Source: Thecamonas trahens ATCC 50062 (Eukaryota; Protista; Apusomonadida). From it: a DNA stretch of 64,000 nucleotides. Location of the stretch: NCBI RefSeq assembly GCF_000142905.1, contig NW_013657655.1:310001-374000 (forward strand), read 5' to 3'. Under the pieces are notes generated by a model. It saw only the letters and a program-made list of their open reading frames with translations, ran no database searches and was not told where the DNA came from. Shown piece after piece: positions 1 to 9,889 of this stretch (positions are counted from its first letter, which is position 1; the number at the start of each line of letters is the position of its first letter). A program made the translations under genes and the position numbers.

Positions 1-1392
1 GATAGTCTCGTCCGACGCGCCGAGAGCGTGGACGCGGCTGGCGGCGGCGTGGAGCCAACCGGCAACAATGCATGCACCGGTCACGGCCGCTGCACACTGA
101 TGGGTAAATATGGCGTCGAGAAAGTCGGTGAGAAGGTGGAGCACGAGGACAATGGCAAACGGCGGCGCAGTGCCAGCGCGCCAGGCGTGGGCGGTGTAAA
201 CACAAACGACCGCAAGGTGTAGCGCAGTGCAGCGAGCGGCCGCATCGTTGTCGCCGAGCCCAAGCCCGCCGCGCTGGTGCAGCGATGGTGCCAAATCCGG
301 GACGTCGGTAGGGGACGGGGAAGCAAGGATGGCAGCGTGGACGCAGACAAAACGGAGCGCGGCAGTCGACGATCGCCAGGTCGGCGGCGGGAGGCCCGAG
401 CGAGGTCCAGCGGCGGCAGCCGGCCGTGCGGCCGCCGCCGCCGCGCCGCGCTTGATCGAGTGCTCCAGCAGTAGGGCAATGTTGTCGGTGACCGAGGGAA
501 ACGGGAGCGGCGCCGCAAGCGCGCGGACATAGCGGTAGAGTGCAGTGAGCGGGTCGCGGGCGTAGGTGGCGAGGACGGCGAGCTGGTTGTGGGCGGCGCC
601 AAGGCCAGGAGCGGCGGCCAGCGCAGCGTGGTACGCGGCACTGGCACCGTCCCACACACGCATGCTACGCGGGCGGACCAGCTGGCGGTAGCGGGAAACG
701 TCGCCGGCGTGGAGGTGGCAGCGAGCGACTGCTGCTGCTGCTGCTGCTGTGGTGGCGGCGGCGGAACCGGCAGACGCCGCGGATGCTGCAGGCGACAGGC
801 GCCGCCTGTCGAGGCGAAACTTGCGGGTGAGCCTGTGGGCGAGTGCGGCGTAAAAGGCACCGGCCTCGTCAAGCAACTCATCGAGGGCGGCACGAGTGAC
901 AGCGCATGCCGGACGCGCCTTGACTGCACCCCGCAACCGCTCGATGCCCGAGTAGTAGACGGCGGTCCAGATCCGCTGCTCGGCCGCCGGCGGCGCCGCC
1001 AGGCTTGCCTCGCCGGCAGTGAGGAGGAGGACATTGGCATAGCGGTTGCGGATCTCGATCCGGAGCGAACGCTCCGCCGCCACCTCTCCACCATCGCGGA
1101 ACCGTGCGAGCGCTGCCTCCTTCTTCCGGGTCTCGGCGAGGTAGCCGGCCACGTCGGCGATCGGCTTGCACGGGATGCGGACTCGTGTCGGGACTGTCGC
1201 CGCAGGCGCCGTCTTGCCAGGCGCCGCCCGTACCGGCCGGGCCGGAGACGCCGATCGTCGCCGCTTCCGACTCGGGCTCGCCGTGTCCAGCACTGCCGTA
1301 GCAGTCGAGGCTGATGTGGACGTGCCGCGCGCGGCTGATGATGACGGTCCGGCCGTCGCCCGTCGTGCGCGCGAGCGGCGGCGGCGAGGCAT
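1..1392 (-). CDS. EST1/SMG5-6-7 family protein (14-3-3-like TPR/EST1 domain; NMD/telomerase factor), 3' end runs off the window
   Basis: Own translation (absent from the ORF track because there is no stop in the window), from ATG 1392: MPRRRRSRAR...EQRIWTAVYYSGIERLR...CHLHAGDVSRYRQL...GAAHNQLAVLATY...ALYRYVRALAAPLPFP. These match the EST1 motifs EQxLWxxxFYxxIE, LGDxxRY, HNQLAxL and YxYxRSLxxxxPF. Confidence 0.8.
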   Translation of the reverse strand, partial: MPRRRRSRARRATAGPSSSAARGTSTSASTATAVLDTASPSRKRRRSASPARPVRAAPGKTAPAATVPTRVRIPCKPIADVAGYLAETRKKEAALARFRDGGEVAAERSLRIEIRNRYANVLLLTAGEASLAAPPAAEQRIWTAVYYSGIERLRGAVKARPACAVTRAALDELLDEAGAFYAALAHRLTRKFRLDRRRLSPAASAASAGSAAATTAAAAAAVARCHLHAGDVSRYRQLVRPRSMRVWDGASAAYHAALAAAPGLGAAHNQLAVLATYARDPLTALYRYVRALAAPLPFPSVTDNIALLLEHSIKRGAAAAAARPAAAAGPRSGLPPPTWRSSTAALRFVCVHAAILASPSPTDVPDLAPSLHQRGGLGLGDNDAAARCTALHLAVVCVYTAHAWRAGTAPPFAIVLVLHLLTDFLDAIFTHQCAAAVTGACIVAGWLHAAASRVHALGASDETI

Positions 1393-1685
1393 GCAAGAGA
1401 CGAGTGTGTCGTCGAAATCGGGGGGGACGAGAGAGAGGAGGGGCTGTGGGGGGAGAGAAGTAAGACGCGTGGGGAGGGGAGGGAGAAGGGGGTGTGGATG
1501 GGACAGCAGTGACTTTGCGCGTGCGTGGTGTGAGCGAGGGTGTGTGTGTGGGTGCGGAAAATGTGTGATCAACCAATCTGAATGGCGTGACATAGTCACC
1601 ACGGGGGGACGTTTCCTGTTTGGTTGGTGGTCGATGAGATGCCAGAAGGCGATGATGGTCACGAGAGTGTGCGTGTGTGTGACCT

Positions 1686-3248
1686 TTAAAAGAGAGCCTC
1701 CTCCGGATCAAGGGCCTCAAGGCCGACCAGCTGCCAAACGGACGGGTCCGAGGCGTCGCGCTGGACAGACCAGATGTACTGGACGTTCTGGATCGAGTCG
1801 GGGTCACCCTCGATGACGTTGCCTGCAGCGTCGCGGACGACCTGAACCTGCTGGACGGTGAAGGAGTAGAAGAGGGTCGGCTCCTTCTCGATGGGCTTGA
1901 TGGCGATCATCTCGAGCGGCGAGATGTGAAGGATGTGGGTGTCGTAGCGGCGCGACGCCGAGGCCGGCGGGAGCGTGCCCTCGAGGACGGTGAAGAACTT
2001 GGGCGAGACCAGGTTCTTGAGCTCGGCAAGGTCGTGGCGGCCAAGAGCCTCCATGACCTCGGGCAGGGTGTACTTTTCCAGTCGCGCTTGCAGAGCGTAC
2101 TCGTCAAAGCCGGGGTCGAGGCGGCGGATCTCCGAGTAGCACATGGCGGCCTCGGTCTCCGGGAACAGGCGGTCCGAGAGCTGCGAGAGCTTGTCGGCCA
2201 CCGAGTAGTAGGCGCCGCGGGCCGAGACCAGGGCCGGGTTGTCGCTCTCGCGAACGGTCTCGGTGAGGGCGAGAGCCGACTTGACAATCTTGTTGTCGCG
2301 GTAGCGGTTGAGCAGGGCCTCGGTCGGTGACTCGATACCAAGCTCAGCGAGGCCGACGGCGGTGCCCTTGACGCCGGGCTTGGCGTCGGCCCGCGAGTGG
2401 GTCTCGGACAGCTCGGCCTCGTAGCGCGGATCGAGGATGTAGTCGCGGGCAAACGCCTGGCCTTTTTCGGCCATCTTGCGGGTCTTTTCAGCCACCTTGG
2501 ACGCCGTCTCGGAGCTGGCGGCCGTCTTGGCCTGCGACGAGACCGAGCCGGCCACACTCGAAGAGACCTTGGTCACCTTTGACGTCACCGACTTGGCCAC
2601 CGACGACTCGGACGCCTTGGACACTGCGCCTTTGGCCTTGGCCGCCGCCGCCGCAATCGACTTGGACGAGCCGGCCGTAAAGTCGGAGAACTTGTCCTTG
2701 ATCACCTCACCCTTGGCCATTGACGAGCTCTTGAGCTTCTCGGCCGTCGCCGCCGCCTTCTTGAGCGACTTCTTCTCGGCCAGCCGCTTCTTCTCGGCAT
2801 CCAGCGCCTCGAGGTTCTTCTGAAGCTCCTTGTCCTCGGCCAGCCCGGACTTGACCTTGTTGACAAAGTCCTTCCACAGCGATCCCGTCGTCCCGGCACT
2901 GCCCTTGGCCTCTGCCGCCGCAGCTGCCGAGAAGACTCTCGCTGCTCCGGGCGTGGTAGCACCGGCCACTGCCAGCTGCGTGGCCCGTGCCTGCACCAAC
3001 CGCCCGGCCTCGCTTGTCTTCCTCGCTGTGCTCTGTTTCCCGGCCATAGCAGCCACCACCCGCAGACTCTGCGGTCGCATCACCATGCGCTGTGGGAGGG
3101 GAGGAAGGGAGGGGGAGGGGGGTGAGGAGGATGTCGCGTAGGATGCGGAAGGGGGGGGGAGGGGGGGGGGGGAAGGAGGGAGGAGGGAGGGGGGGAGGGG
3201 TGGGGTGGGAGGGGAGGGGCGTACGCATGTGTGCAAGGCGCGCATCAT
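1686..3248 (-). CDS. TIM44: Mitochondrial import inner membrane translocase Tim44; exons 3225-3248 and 1686-3089
   Basis: C-terminal Tim44 domain (ETEAAMCYSEIRRLDPGFD...QQVQVVRDAAGNVIEGDPDSIQNVQYIW). Removing the 135-nt GTACGC...CACAG intron 3090-3224 gives an Arg-rich presequence MMRALHTCRMVMRPQSLR. Confidence 0.9.
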   Translation of the reverse strand: MMRALHTCVRPSPPTPPLPPSLLPPSPPPLPPPSASYATSSSPPSPSLPPLPQRMVMRPQSLRVVAAMAGKQSTARKTSEAGRLVQARATQLAVAGATTPGAARVFSAAAAAEAKGSAGTTGSLWKDFVNKVKSGLAEDKELQKNLEALDAEKKRLAEKKSLKKAAATAEKLKSSSMAKGEVIKDKFSDFTAGSSKSIAAAAAKAKGAVSKASESSVAKSVTSKVTKVSSSVAGSVSSQAKTAASSETASKVAEKTRKMAEKGQAFARDYILDPRYEAELSETHSRADAKPGVKGTAVGLAELGIESPTEALLNRYRDNKIVKSALALTETVRESDNPALVSARGAYYSVADKLSQLSDRLFPETEAAMCYSEIRRLDPGFDEYALQARLEKYTLPEVMEALGRHDLAELKNLVSPKFFTVLEGTLPPASASRRYDTHILHISPLEMIAIKPIEKEPTLFYSFTVQQVQVVRDAAGNVIEGDPDSIQNVQYIWSVQRDASDPSVWQLVGLEALDPEEALF

Positions 3249-3420
3249 TGTGGAGTGGGCGTTGGTGGAGTGGGTGGGTGGCTGGGAGTGGGGGTGGGGG
3301 TGGGTTGAGTGGGTGCCAGTAGTCTAGCGAGGAGGAGGTCAGTCGGCGGTGGGTCGGTTGGTGGCTGCTGACGGATGAGTGACGATGAGTTTGCAGAGGG
3401 CGTAGTGTGGGTAATGGTTG

Positions 3421-3461
<41 letters not shown>

Positions 3462-3479
3462 CTGGATGCAACGGCAATG

Positions 3480-4000
3480 ATCAGAGCCGCCGAGGGCCCG
3501 GAGGAACGAGGTAAATGCCATGATCTGCTTGCCGTCCTTGGTGGTGTACGGCGCGTCGTTGCTGGGGAGGGCGGCGGGGGTTGCGGCGGGCAGGCCGCCC
3601 GAGACTACACCGAACCAGTCGAAGCAGCCTCCCGGTTTCTCCTCAAGGGCGATATTCTGGGCTTGCGAGAATACCATGACGATGTCGTTGGCCTCGGCGA
3701 TCTCGAACAGACCGACGTTCTCGATGTACTCGGTGCCTAGGAGTTGCGCTGATGCGAGCAGCTGTGAAAGTCGACATGGATGGGACAGGCGGAGCCGCCG
3801 GCCGACGCGAAGGATGCATTCGGCACATACACATACGCCGTGTCCTCCAGCATGATCGACGATGCCAAGTATTCTGCTGGAAAGTACTTGCTCTGATTGT
3901 AGGTATAGAGCGAGGCCTTGGCGTTTGGGATGCCCGGCTTGAGCGCACCGTCGTAGAGCCACTGCAGGGCGTGCCATGCTGCATCGTAGTCGCACTTGCT
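3480..4000 (-). pseudogene. Truncated, frameshifted C-terminal half of a PHB-depolymerase-like (fungal/bacterial type) serine esterase
   Basis: CDYDAAWHALQWLY...AYVYVP...CPIHVDFHSC in one frame continues as LGTEYIENVGLFEIAEANDIVMVFSQA...PGGCFDWFG...YTTKDGKQI in another, consistent with a 1-nt deletion near 3750. No N-terminal nucleophile region is visible. Confidence 0.65.
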
Positions 4001-4170
4001 GATCTTTTTTTTCTCGGCCGATCCAACCACCGGGGAAAGGGAATGGTGGACAGGGGGGGGCATTCCAGGCTGGTTCGGCGCGCTCGGCAGGGCTTTGAAC
4101 GGTCGTGGGGGAAACGGGGTGGGGAGGTGGGGGCACCCCTCTGGACGGAGACTGGAGAGGAGGTTGTGGG

Positions 4171-4410
4171 ATGGGAGACGCAAGTAGCGAGAGTTGGGGC
4201 TCGGAGCAGTGTTCTTATGCCACCGAGTACCATGTGGTGTATGGCGGACGTGGTGGCTCGGCCTCGGGCTGCTCCTACGCCACCGAGTACGATGTGGTCT
4301 ACGACCGGAAGACACGCGCTGCACCGCCGGCGGGCTCGGACGGCGGGAGCACATCAGGCTGGCAGTATGCGTACGAGACAGAGTACGAGCTCGTGCACAA
4401 GGCTGCAGGC

Positions 4411-4466
<56 letters not shown>

Positions 4467-5544
4467 AACGACGACGGGTGACCCGGACTCGATGTTTGGT
4501 TACGGCACCGAGTACGATGTGCTGTACAAGGTCGACCACTACCACTCGGAGGCCGAGGCCACAGACAACGAGCTCGCTCTCCGCTCGCTCACCGCAAGAT
4601 CAGACTCGGCAGGCAGCGACGAGCCTGATGTGTACTCGCTCACAAACAGGTTCGACCATGGTGCTGCTCCACCCGCGGATGATGGGAATGGCAAGGGCAA
4701 GGGCAAGGGCAAGGGTAAGGGCAAGGACAAGGGCAAGGGCAAGGGCAAGGGCAAGGGCAAGGGCAAGGGCAAGACAAAGAGGAGAAAGGGAAAGAGGAAA
4801 GGCAAGACCGGAAAGACCGGGTCGGGGTTGAGGTCGGGGTCGGGGTCTGGATCAGCTTACGATACAGACTATGCCGGCCACAGCAGCCGTGGTCGTGGCA
4901 GCAAGGATCGCCGCGCAGACGCTGCCGCGGTGTCGTCGGGCTCGGGACCCGACCGTGCGGCAGCACCAAGTGCTGCGTCCGAGTACGACACAGACTATGC
5001 CGATCACAAAATGGCCAAGGGCAGGGGTAAGGGGAAGGGCAAGGGCAAGAAGGGCAAGAAGGGCAAGAAGGGCAAGGGCAAGAAGGGCAGGGGCAAGAAG
5101 GGCAAGGGCAAGGGCAAGAAGACGACTCGCGTGGCAAGCTCTGGGTCCGAGTACGACACAGACTTTGCCAATCACAAGCGGGGCAAGCGCAAGAAGGGCA
5201 AGCGCAAGCAAGCCAAGGCCAAGGCCGAGATCTCTTCGGGATCGCTCGACCACGGCGCACCACCAAGTTCGTCGCCATCGTCGCGGAATGTCTTTGCCGC
5301 TGCGCGCAAGGCGAGCCGCCAAGTCGAAGACACCGACTACATGTACGACGAGCCGTACAACACTGACTTTGCCGTGTACACGGTCGTGCTCTCGGCGTCG
5401 TCGCACTCCAGCTCGGGTTCGGGTTCGGGCTCGGGCGCCAGCGGCCGGCGGCACGTTCACTACCATGTTTCGCGCAACTATCGCGTCTTCTACAAGGCCG
5501 GCGTTGCCCGTGCCGGCGAGTACTCGGTTTCGTGCTCGCTGTGA
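4171..5544 (+). CDS. Hypothetical intrinsically disordered protein with about 9 YxT(E/D)(Y/F) motifs, (GS)n and (KG)n tracts
   Basis: Long ORF with coding-like codon usage; ATG at 4171 (MGDASSESW); repeated motifs SYATEYHVVY, SYATEYDVVY, AYETEYELVH, GYGTEYDVLY, YDTDY. Confidence 0.7.
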
Positions 5545-6052
5545 GGCACACCATGACGCGCTCGATCGGACTGGACGCGACAAACGGGGCGAAATGAAGC
5601 CATCACAGCCAGTCATCATCCCAAGCCCTGGACTACCCTCCACCATTGCGATTGCCTTGGTGCGCAAGGGCCGTGCACAGCTCTGCGCGCCGGCAGCAAC
5701 TGTAGCGACAGCAGCCGGTGACGGCAGCTGGCAACCTGGTGCTCTCATAGTGCCGCAATCCACATCAGCACAAGGATCAGATGAAGCCTGCTTCCGATCA
5801 CTACATCTGACCGTCCTTTGGCCTGCGCTGCATCGCACTTGGGTCGGCCGGACCAGCACCTGCGCTCACCCCACTTTTGCCTGAATTATGGAACCATTCT
5901 TCCTTCTTTTCCTTCTCACCCCAAACAAGAAGCAAGGCCAAAGACAGACAGCGAGCGCACCTCTGTTGGTAGCAGGTGACGCAAGGCGCAGCCGTCTCCA
6001 CTTGTCACTAACTACCTCCACGCCCACCTCTCTCCACGCTGGCTGACCAAGT

Positions 6053-7348
6053 ATGGAGAGCGACTTGCCGCTGACGATTCCGCTGGCGACGCTTGCCTCG
6101 CACTTTGACTGTCCTATCTGCCTCACCACGCTCTCGGACACAGCCATGCTGCCGTGCGGACACAACTTCTGCCGGCCGTGCATCCTCGAGTGTCTCAATC
6201 GCGAGCACCTCTGCCCGTGCTGCCGGGCTGCCGCCACGGCTGCTGATGCCCGACCCAACCATCATCTGGATGCCACCGTGGCGCTGATCGAGACCGAGGC
6301 TGACAAGGCCTCGCGCGCCTACTTTGAGCAGCTCACCTCGGGGCGTGACGGCGGCGGTGGCGGCGGTGGCAGCGATGCAGGTGCCGAAAAGGACGGCCAG
6401 GCGAGGAACGTGCCGGTGCGTGACTTTACTCCCATCGAGCGGGTGTTCCAGACCGCGATGCGCGCCTCGCTCGCGGCGTACACCGAGTACTATGACAAGG
6501 TCAAGGTGGCGCATGAGACGTCGCTGGTCAATCTGCAGCGATCGGCGGCGGCCGAGCTGACCCAGGCCAAGTCGGGCATTGCCGCCCGCGCCCGCGCTGC
6601 GTCGCTTGCTGGAAACACCGAGAGCGAGACCGAGCTCAATGCGCAGCTCGAGCAGGTCATGGTTGCGCACACCCAGGCGTTCGAGGCCAAGCTCTCTGCA
6701 GAGCGGGCCAAGTTTGATGCCTCAGTCTCGGCACTGGTCGACGCATACTCGCGGTATCTGGACGAGAACGTGCCTGCGGTCGAGTTTGTGCCTGTTCCGC
6801 TCTCACTTTCTGTCCCGTCGCGGTCGCTGGTCCTCGATGGCAGCATCGTGCTGGATCCGATGCACACGGTCGAGGACGTGCACGCCCGCGCGATCGAGCT
6901 TCTCTGCACCGAGGAGCATGGTATTACGCAATGGGAGATTGGCAGCGTCGAGTATGTGCTGGATGAACAGGTGCTCGAGCCCGGGACGGGCGTGCCGATC
7001 CGCGCGGCCTGCGGCGCCGAGCTAGTTGCAGGCGCTTCTATCGAGCTCCGCGGCGAGCTCGCGTCGGCCGCCGACGTCTGCTTCTCGGCACTGCCGTTTG
7101 AGGACGGCGCCGGCGTCCGGGTCACCTACTACTCGTGCGATGAATGTAGCAAGGCCTGGATTTGCGAGTCGTGCGCCAAAGCGTGCCACGCCGGCCACAC
7201 CGTCTCGCTCCATCTGTGCAACTACGAGCCCAACTATGCCTGCTGCTACTGCGTCCGCACCAAGTGCTGCGTCCTCGAAAACGCCAAGACGCTTAAGAAA
7301 AAGCGCAAACTCGAGAAGAAGCAGCAGGCTGCCGGTCCATCGGCATGA
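6053..7348 (+). CDS. RING-finger E3 ligase with coiled coil and C-terminal UBR-box-like zinc finger
   Basis: C3HC4 RING CPICLTTLSDTAMLPCGHNFCRPCI...CPCCR; C-terminal YYSCDECSKAWICESCAKACHAGH...CCYC. Confidence 0.8.
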   Translation: MESDLPLTIPLATLASHFDCPICLTTLSDTAMLPCGHNFCRPCILECLNREHLCPCCRAAATAADARPNHHLDATVALIETEADKASRAYFEQLTSGRDGGGGGGGSDAGAEKDGQARNVPVRDFTPIERVFQTAMRASLAAYTEYYDKVKVAHETSLVNLQRSAAAELTQAKSGIAARARAASLAGNTESETELNAQLEQVMVAHTQAFEAKLSAERAKFDASVSALVDAYSRYLDENVPAVEFVPVPLSLSVPSRSLVLDGSIVLDPMHTVEDVHARAIELLCTEEHGITQWEIGSVEYVLDEQVLEPGTGVPIRAACGAELVAGASIELRGELASAADVCFSALPFEDGAGVRVTYYSCDECSKAWICESCAKACHAGHTVSLHLCNYEPNYACCYCVRTKCCVLENAKTLKKKRKLEKKQQAAGPSA

Positions 7349-7583
7349 AGCGGGTGCAGCAGCCGCACATCCTTAAAAGGGGCCGCTAGTCAACCCGCCA
7401 GCCCGCCGGCGGGCCGCTGCCAGCCCGCCGGCCGGCCGCTGCCAGCCCGCCGGCCAATGCGACCCACTTTCACCCACTCCTCCCGCAACGCACATCACCC
7501 GACGACATGGCCAGCAACCCCCGTAAACCTGTTCGAGGCCGGCGCGGCTGCAGCGGAGAGCACGCCCCGTACAGCTTTTCAGT

Positions 7584-7683
7584 NNNNNNNNNNNNNNNNN
7601 NNNNNNNNNNNNNNNNNNNNNNNNNNNNNNNNNNNNNNNNNNNNNNNNNNNNNNNNNNNNNNNNNNNNNNNNNNNNNNNNNNN
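7584..7683. other. Assembly gap (further gaps at 19343-19442, 31708-32143, 35109-35208, 45676-45775)
   Basis: Runs of N, most of them flanked by homopolymers or (CA)n tracts. Confidence 0.99.
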
Positions 7684-7695
7684 TCACCCGACGAC

Positions 7696-8982
7696 ATGGC
7701 CAGCAAGCCACGGGTGAACCTGTTCGAGGCCGGCGCGGCTGCAGCGGAGAGCAATGGAGGCGACGGCGGACCGAGCGACGCGGTGGTCTCGTTCAAGGCC
7801 GGCGCCATGACGGTGTCCGGCACGACGGTGACGGCCCAGCCGGGGCGCGGGCGGCTTGTTCTCCGGCTGGACGAGGACTCACTGGTCCATGTGGCACACC
7901 TCTCGCGCCCTGCTGGGGAAAGTCTTCTGGATGTGGTTGTCTTTCCTGGTGACGCCGAGCTCGAGGGCCCGCTGGCTGCATGCACCACCGGCCGCGTCTA
8001 CGTTCTCCGCCTCAAGGGCTCGGGCAGGACCCATCTGTTCTGGTCGCAGGAGCCAGTTGCGCCCGACGGGTCGACCGCCGCCCACGACGCCCGCCTCGCC
8101 GACATTGTGGCCAAGTTTAACACGTACATGAACGATCCGGCTGCCGCCGCGGCGGCCCGCGACGCCGCTGCCTCGCTCTCGGCGCCGGGCGATGCCCGCG
8201 CCGAGGCTGTTCTCGAGGCGCTTGCCGGCCAGCTCGGGACCACGCCCGACATGCTGCGCGAGCGGCTGATGGCTGCCAATGGTGGCATGTCTGGCGCACC
8301 TGGCTCCGGCTCCGGCGCGCCAGGCTCTGGCGCGTCCGCACCACAGGCCTTCCCGGGCGGCATGGCCATGGATGAGGACGCCATGCTCCAGCAGGCGCTC
8401 GAGGCGTCGCGGCTGGAGGCCCTGGAGCGCGAGCGCGCGGCCGCATCGGCCGCAGCCGCTCCGGCTCCGGCCGAGGACAATCCTGTTCCGGCGGCAGCAC
8501 CGGCCTCGCCGCCGGCTCACGCCGAACCTGCCGCCGCCGGCTCGACGCTCCCGGTCTCGTCGGAGATGTTCTCGTCGATGATGTCGCAGGTGATGGCCGG
8601 GATGGGCGGCAGCGGAGGCGGTGGCGCGGGAGATGCGGCGCCGTCGCAGGCCCAGCTCCGGCGGATGCTTGTGGGCCTTGGCCTCGATGAGATCGTGACC
8701 CCGTCTGGCGTTCTCGACGCGCTCGACGACGATGACTTTGCTGCCCTCGCCGAGTACATGCCCGAAGGTCTGCAGACCCCGCACGAGGTCCGCACCATCA
8801 TTCGCACTCCCTTTCTCCGCCAGGCCATCGGCCGCGTCGCCGCGGCCATCGCGCAGGGCGAGGCCGCCACCATCCTCGTCCAGTTTGGCATGCAGCCGTC
8901 GCAGAGCCTCGGCCTCTCGGCCGAGTCTTTCCTCCGTGCCATCCAGGACGCCGTCGACGCCGAGGCCGAGTCTGAGGCCTAG
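7696..8982 (+). CDS. RPN13: Proteasomal ubiquitin receptor Rpn13/ADRM1
   Basis: Pru domain (VSFKAGAM...VFPGDA...CTTGRVYVLRLKGSGRTHLFWSQEP) and C-terminal DEUBAD (EVRTIIRTPFLRQAI...FLRAIQ). The true ATG is at 7696, after the gap. Confidence 0.9.
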   Translation: MASKPRVNLFEAGAAAAESNGGDGGPSDAVVSFKAGAMTVSGTTVTAQPGRGRLVLRLDEDSLVHVAHLSRPAGESLLDVVVFPGDAELEGPLAACTTGRVYVLRLKGSGRTHLFWSQEPVAPDGSTAAHDARLADIVAKFNTYMNDPAAAAAARDAAASLSAPGDARAEAVLEALAGQLGTTPDMLRERLMAANGGMSGAPGSGSGAPGSGASAPQAFPGGMAMDEDAMLQQALEASRLEALERERAAASAAAAPAPAEDNPVPAAAPASPPAHAEPAAAGSTLPVSSEMFSSMMSQVMAGMGGSGGGGAGDAAPSQAQLRRMLVGLGLDEIVTPSGVLDALDDDDFAALAEYMPEGLQTPHEVRTIIRTPFLRQAIGRVAAAIAQGEAATILVQFGMQPSQSLGLSAESFLRAIQDAVDAEAESEA

Positions 8983-8986
8983 GCCT

Positions 8987-9889
8987 TTACTTGGGCAGAG
9001 TCGGCACCAGCCGCGGATCGAGTGAGGTCATGTCGATAAACGGAACCAGTGCGTCGGCAAGCGAGTCGACATATTCGGCTGCGTCAACCAGCGCGGCTTC
9101 AAAGCTGGCGACTTCGGCCGGCGACGCACCCTTGGGCACATCCGGGAGGGAGACGACAATCTCGACAAACCACGGCGCAGAGCCCGCACCCAATCCAGCT
9201 CCTGTACTTGCACCGCTCTCGATCTCACTCTCACCGCCCTCAGCTGGCGCCCAGCGAGTGATGTACAGCCCGGCGTCGGGGCGGGGAAAGCCGAAGAGCC
9301 AGCCGGACCGGGTTCCGGCATCGCCGCGCGTGGCGCCCAGTGCAGCCAGCACGCCATCGACATCACCCGCAGCCGGCGCATTGCACACCGCGCGCACCAT
9401 GACCTTGCTCAGCGGCCCGCTCTCCACCGGCACCCGGTATCCCGACACGTAGCGGAGGACGCCCGTCCGGCCATCATCGCCATCACCGGCCGATGCGCCT
9501 GCAAGAGTCCCGCCTCGGCCTCTGCTCCAGCTCGCCTCGCCCTCGCTAGCCACCGTCTGCATCTCCAGCGATGCCTGGGCGCCTGCCGCCCGCATCCGCC
9601 ACGGCAGCTTGTCCGCTACATACCGGCTTGGCCGGCTGCCGGCAAGGCCAGCCACATGCTCAACAAAGGCCTCCAGCCCGTCGGGCTCGAGCGTCCCGAC
9701 CTGGACCACTTCGACCCGCTCACCGACCTCCTCCATGCTGCGTCTGGTCTGCGTCGAGTACTCCCGCTCTCCGTGCCGGGCAACCCGTCGCCGTCTCGCT
9801 GTCGTCGCTCCCGCCGCCCCGGCTGCCGCCGACCCTACCGGCGACGACGTCGACCGCGCCTCCGAGCCGGACAGTGCGTACAAGTCCAT
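8987..9889 (-). CDS. MED18: Mediator complex subunit 18-like
   Basis: VEVVQVG...VAGLAG; VLRYVSG...VMVRAVC...VLAALG...GWLF; VEIVV...ADALVPFIDMTSLDPRL follows the Med18 motif order and C-terminus. Confidence 0.65.
   Translation of the reverse strand: MDLYALSGSEARSTSSPVGSAAAGAAGATTARRRRVARHGEREYSTQTRRSMEEVGERVEVVQVGTLEPDGLEAFVEHVAGLAGSRPSRYVADKLPWRMRAAGAQASLEMQTVASEGEASWSRGRGGTLAGASAGDGDDGRTGVLRYVSGYRVPVESGPLSKVMVRAVCNAPAAGDVDGVLAALGATRGDAGTRSGWLFGFPRPDAGLYITRWAPAEGGESEIESGASTGAGLGAGSAPWFVEIVVSLPDVPKGASPAEVASFEAALVDAAEYVDSLADALVPFIDMTSLDPRLVPTLPK

Noticed and set aside
7495-7583. Apparent duplicated Rpn13 start before the gap
   Set aside because: It is a degraded copy of 7684-7752 at a contig end, most likely a low-quality read overlap rather than a tandem duplication.
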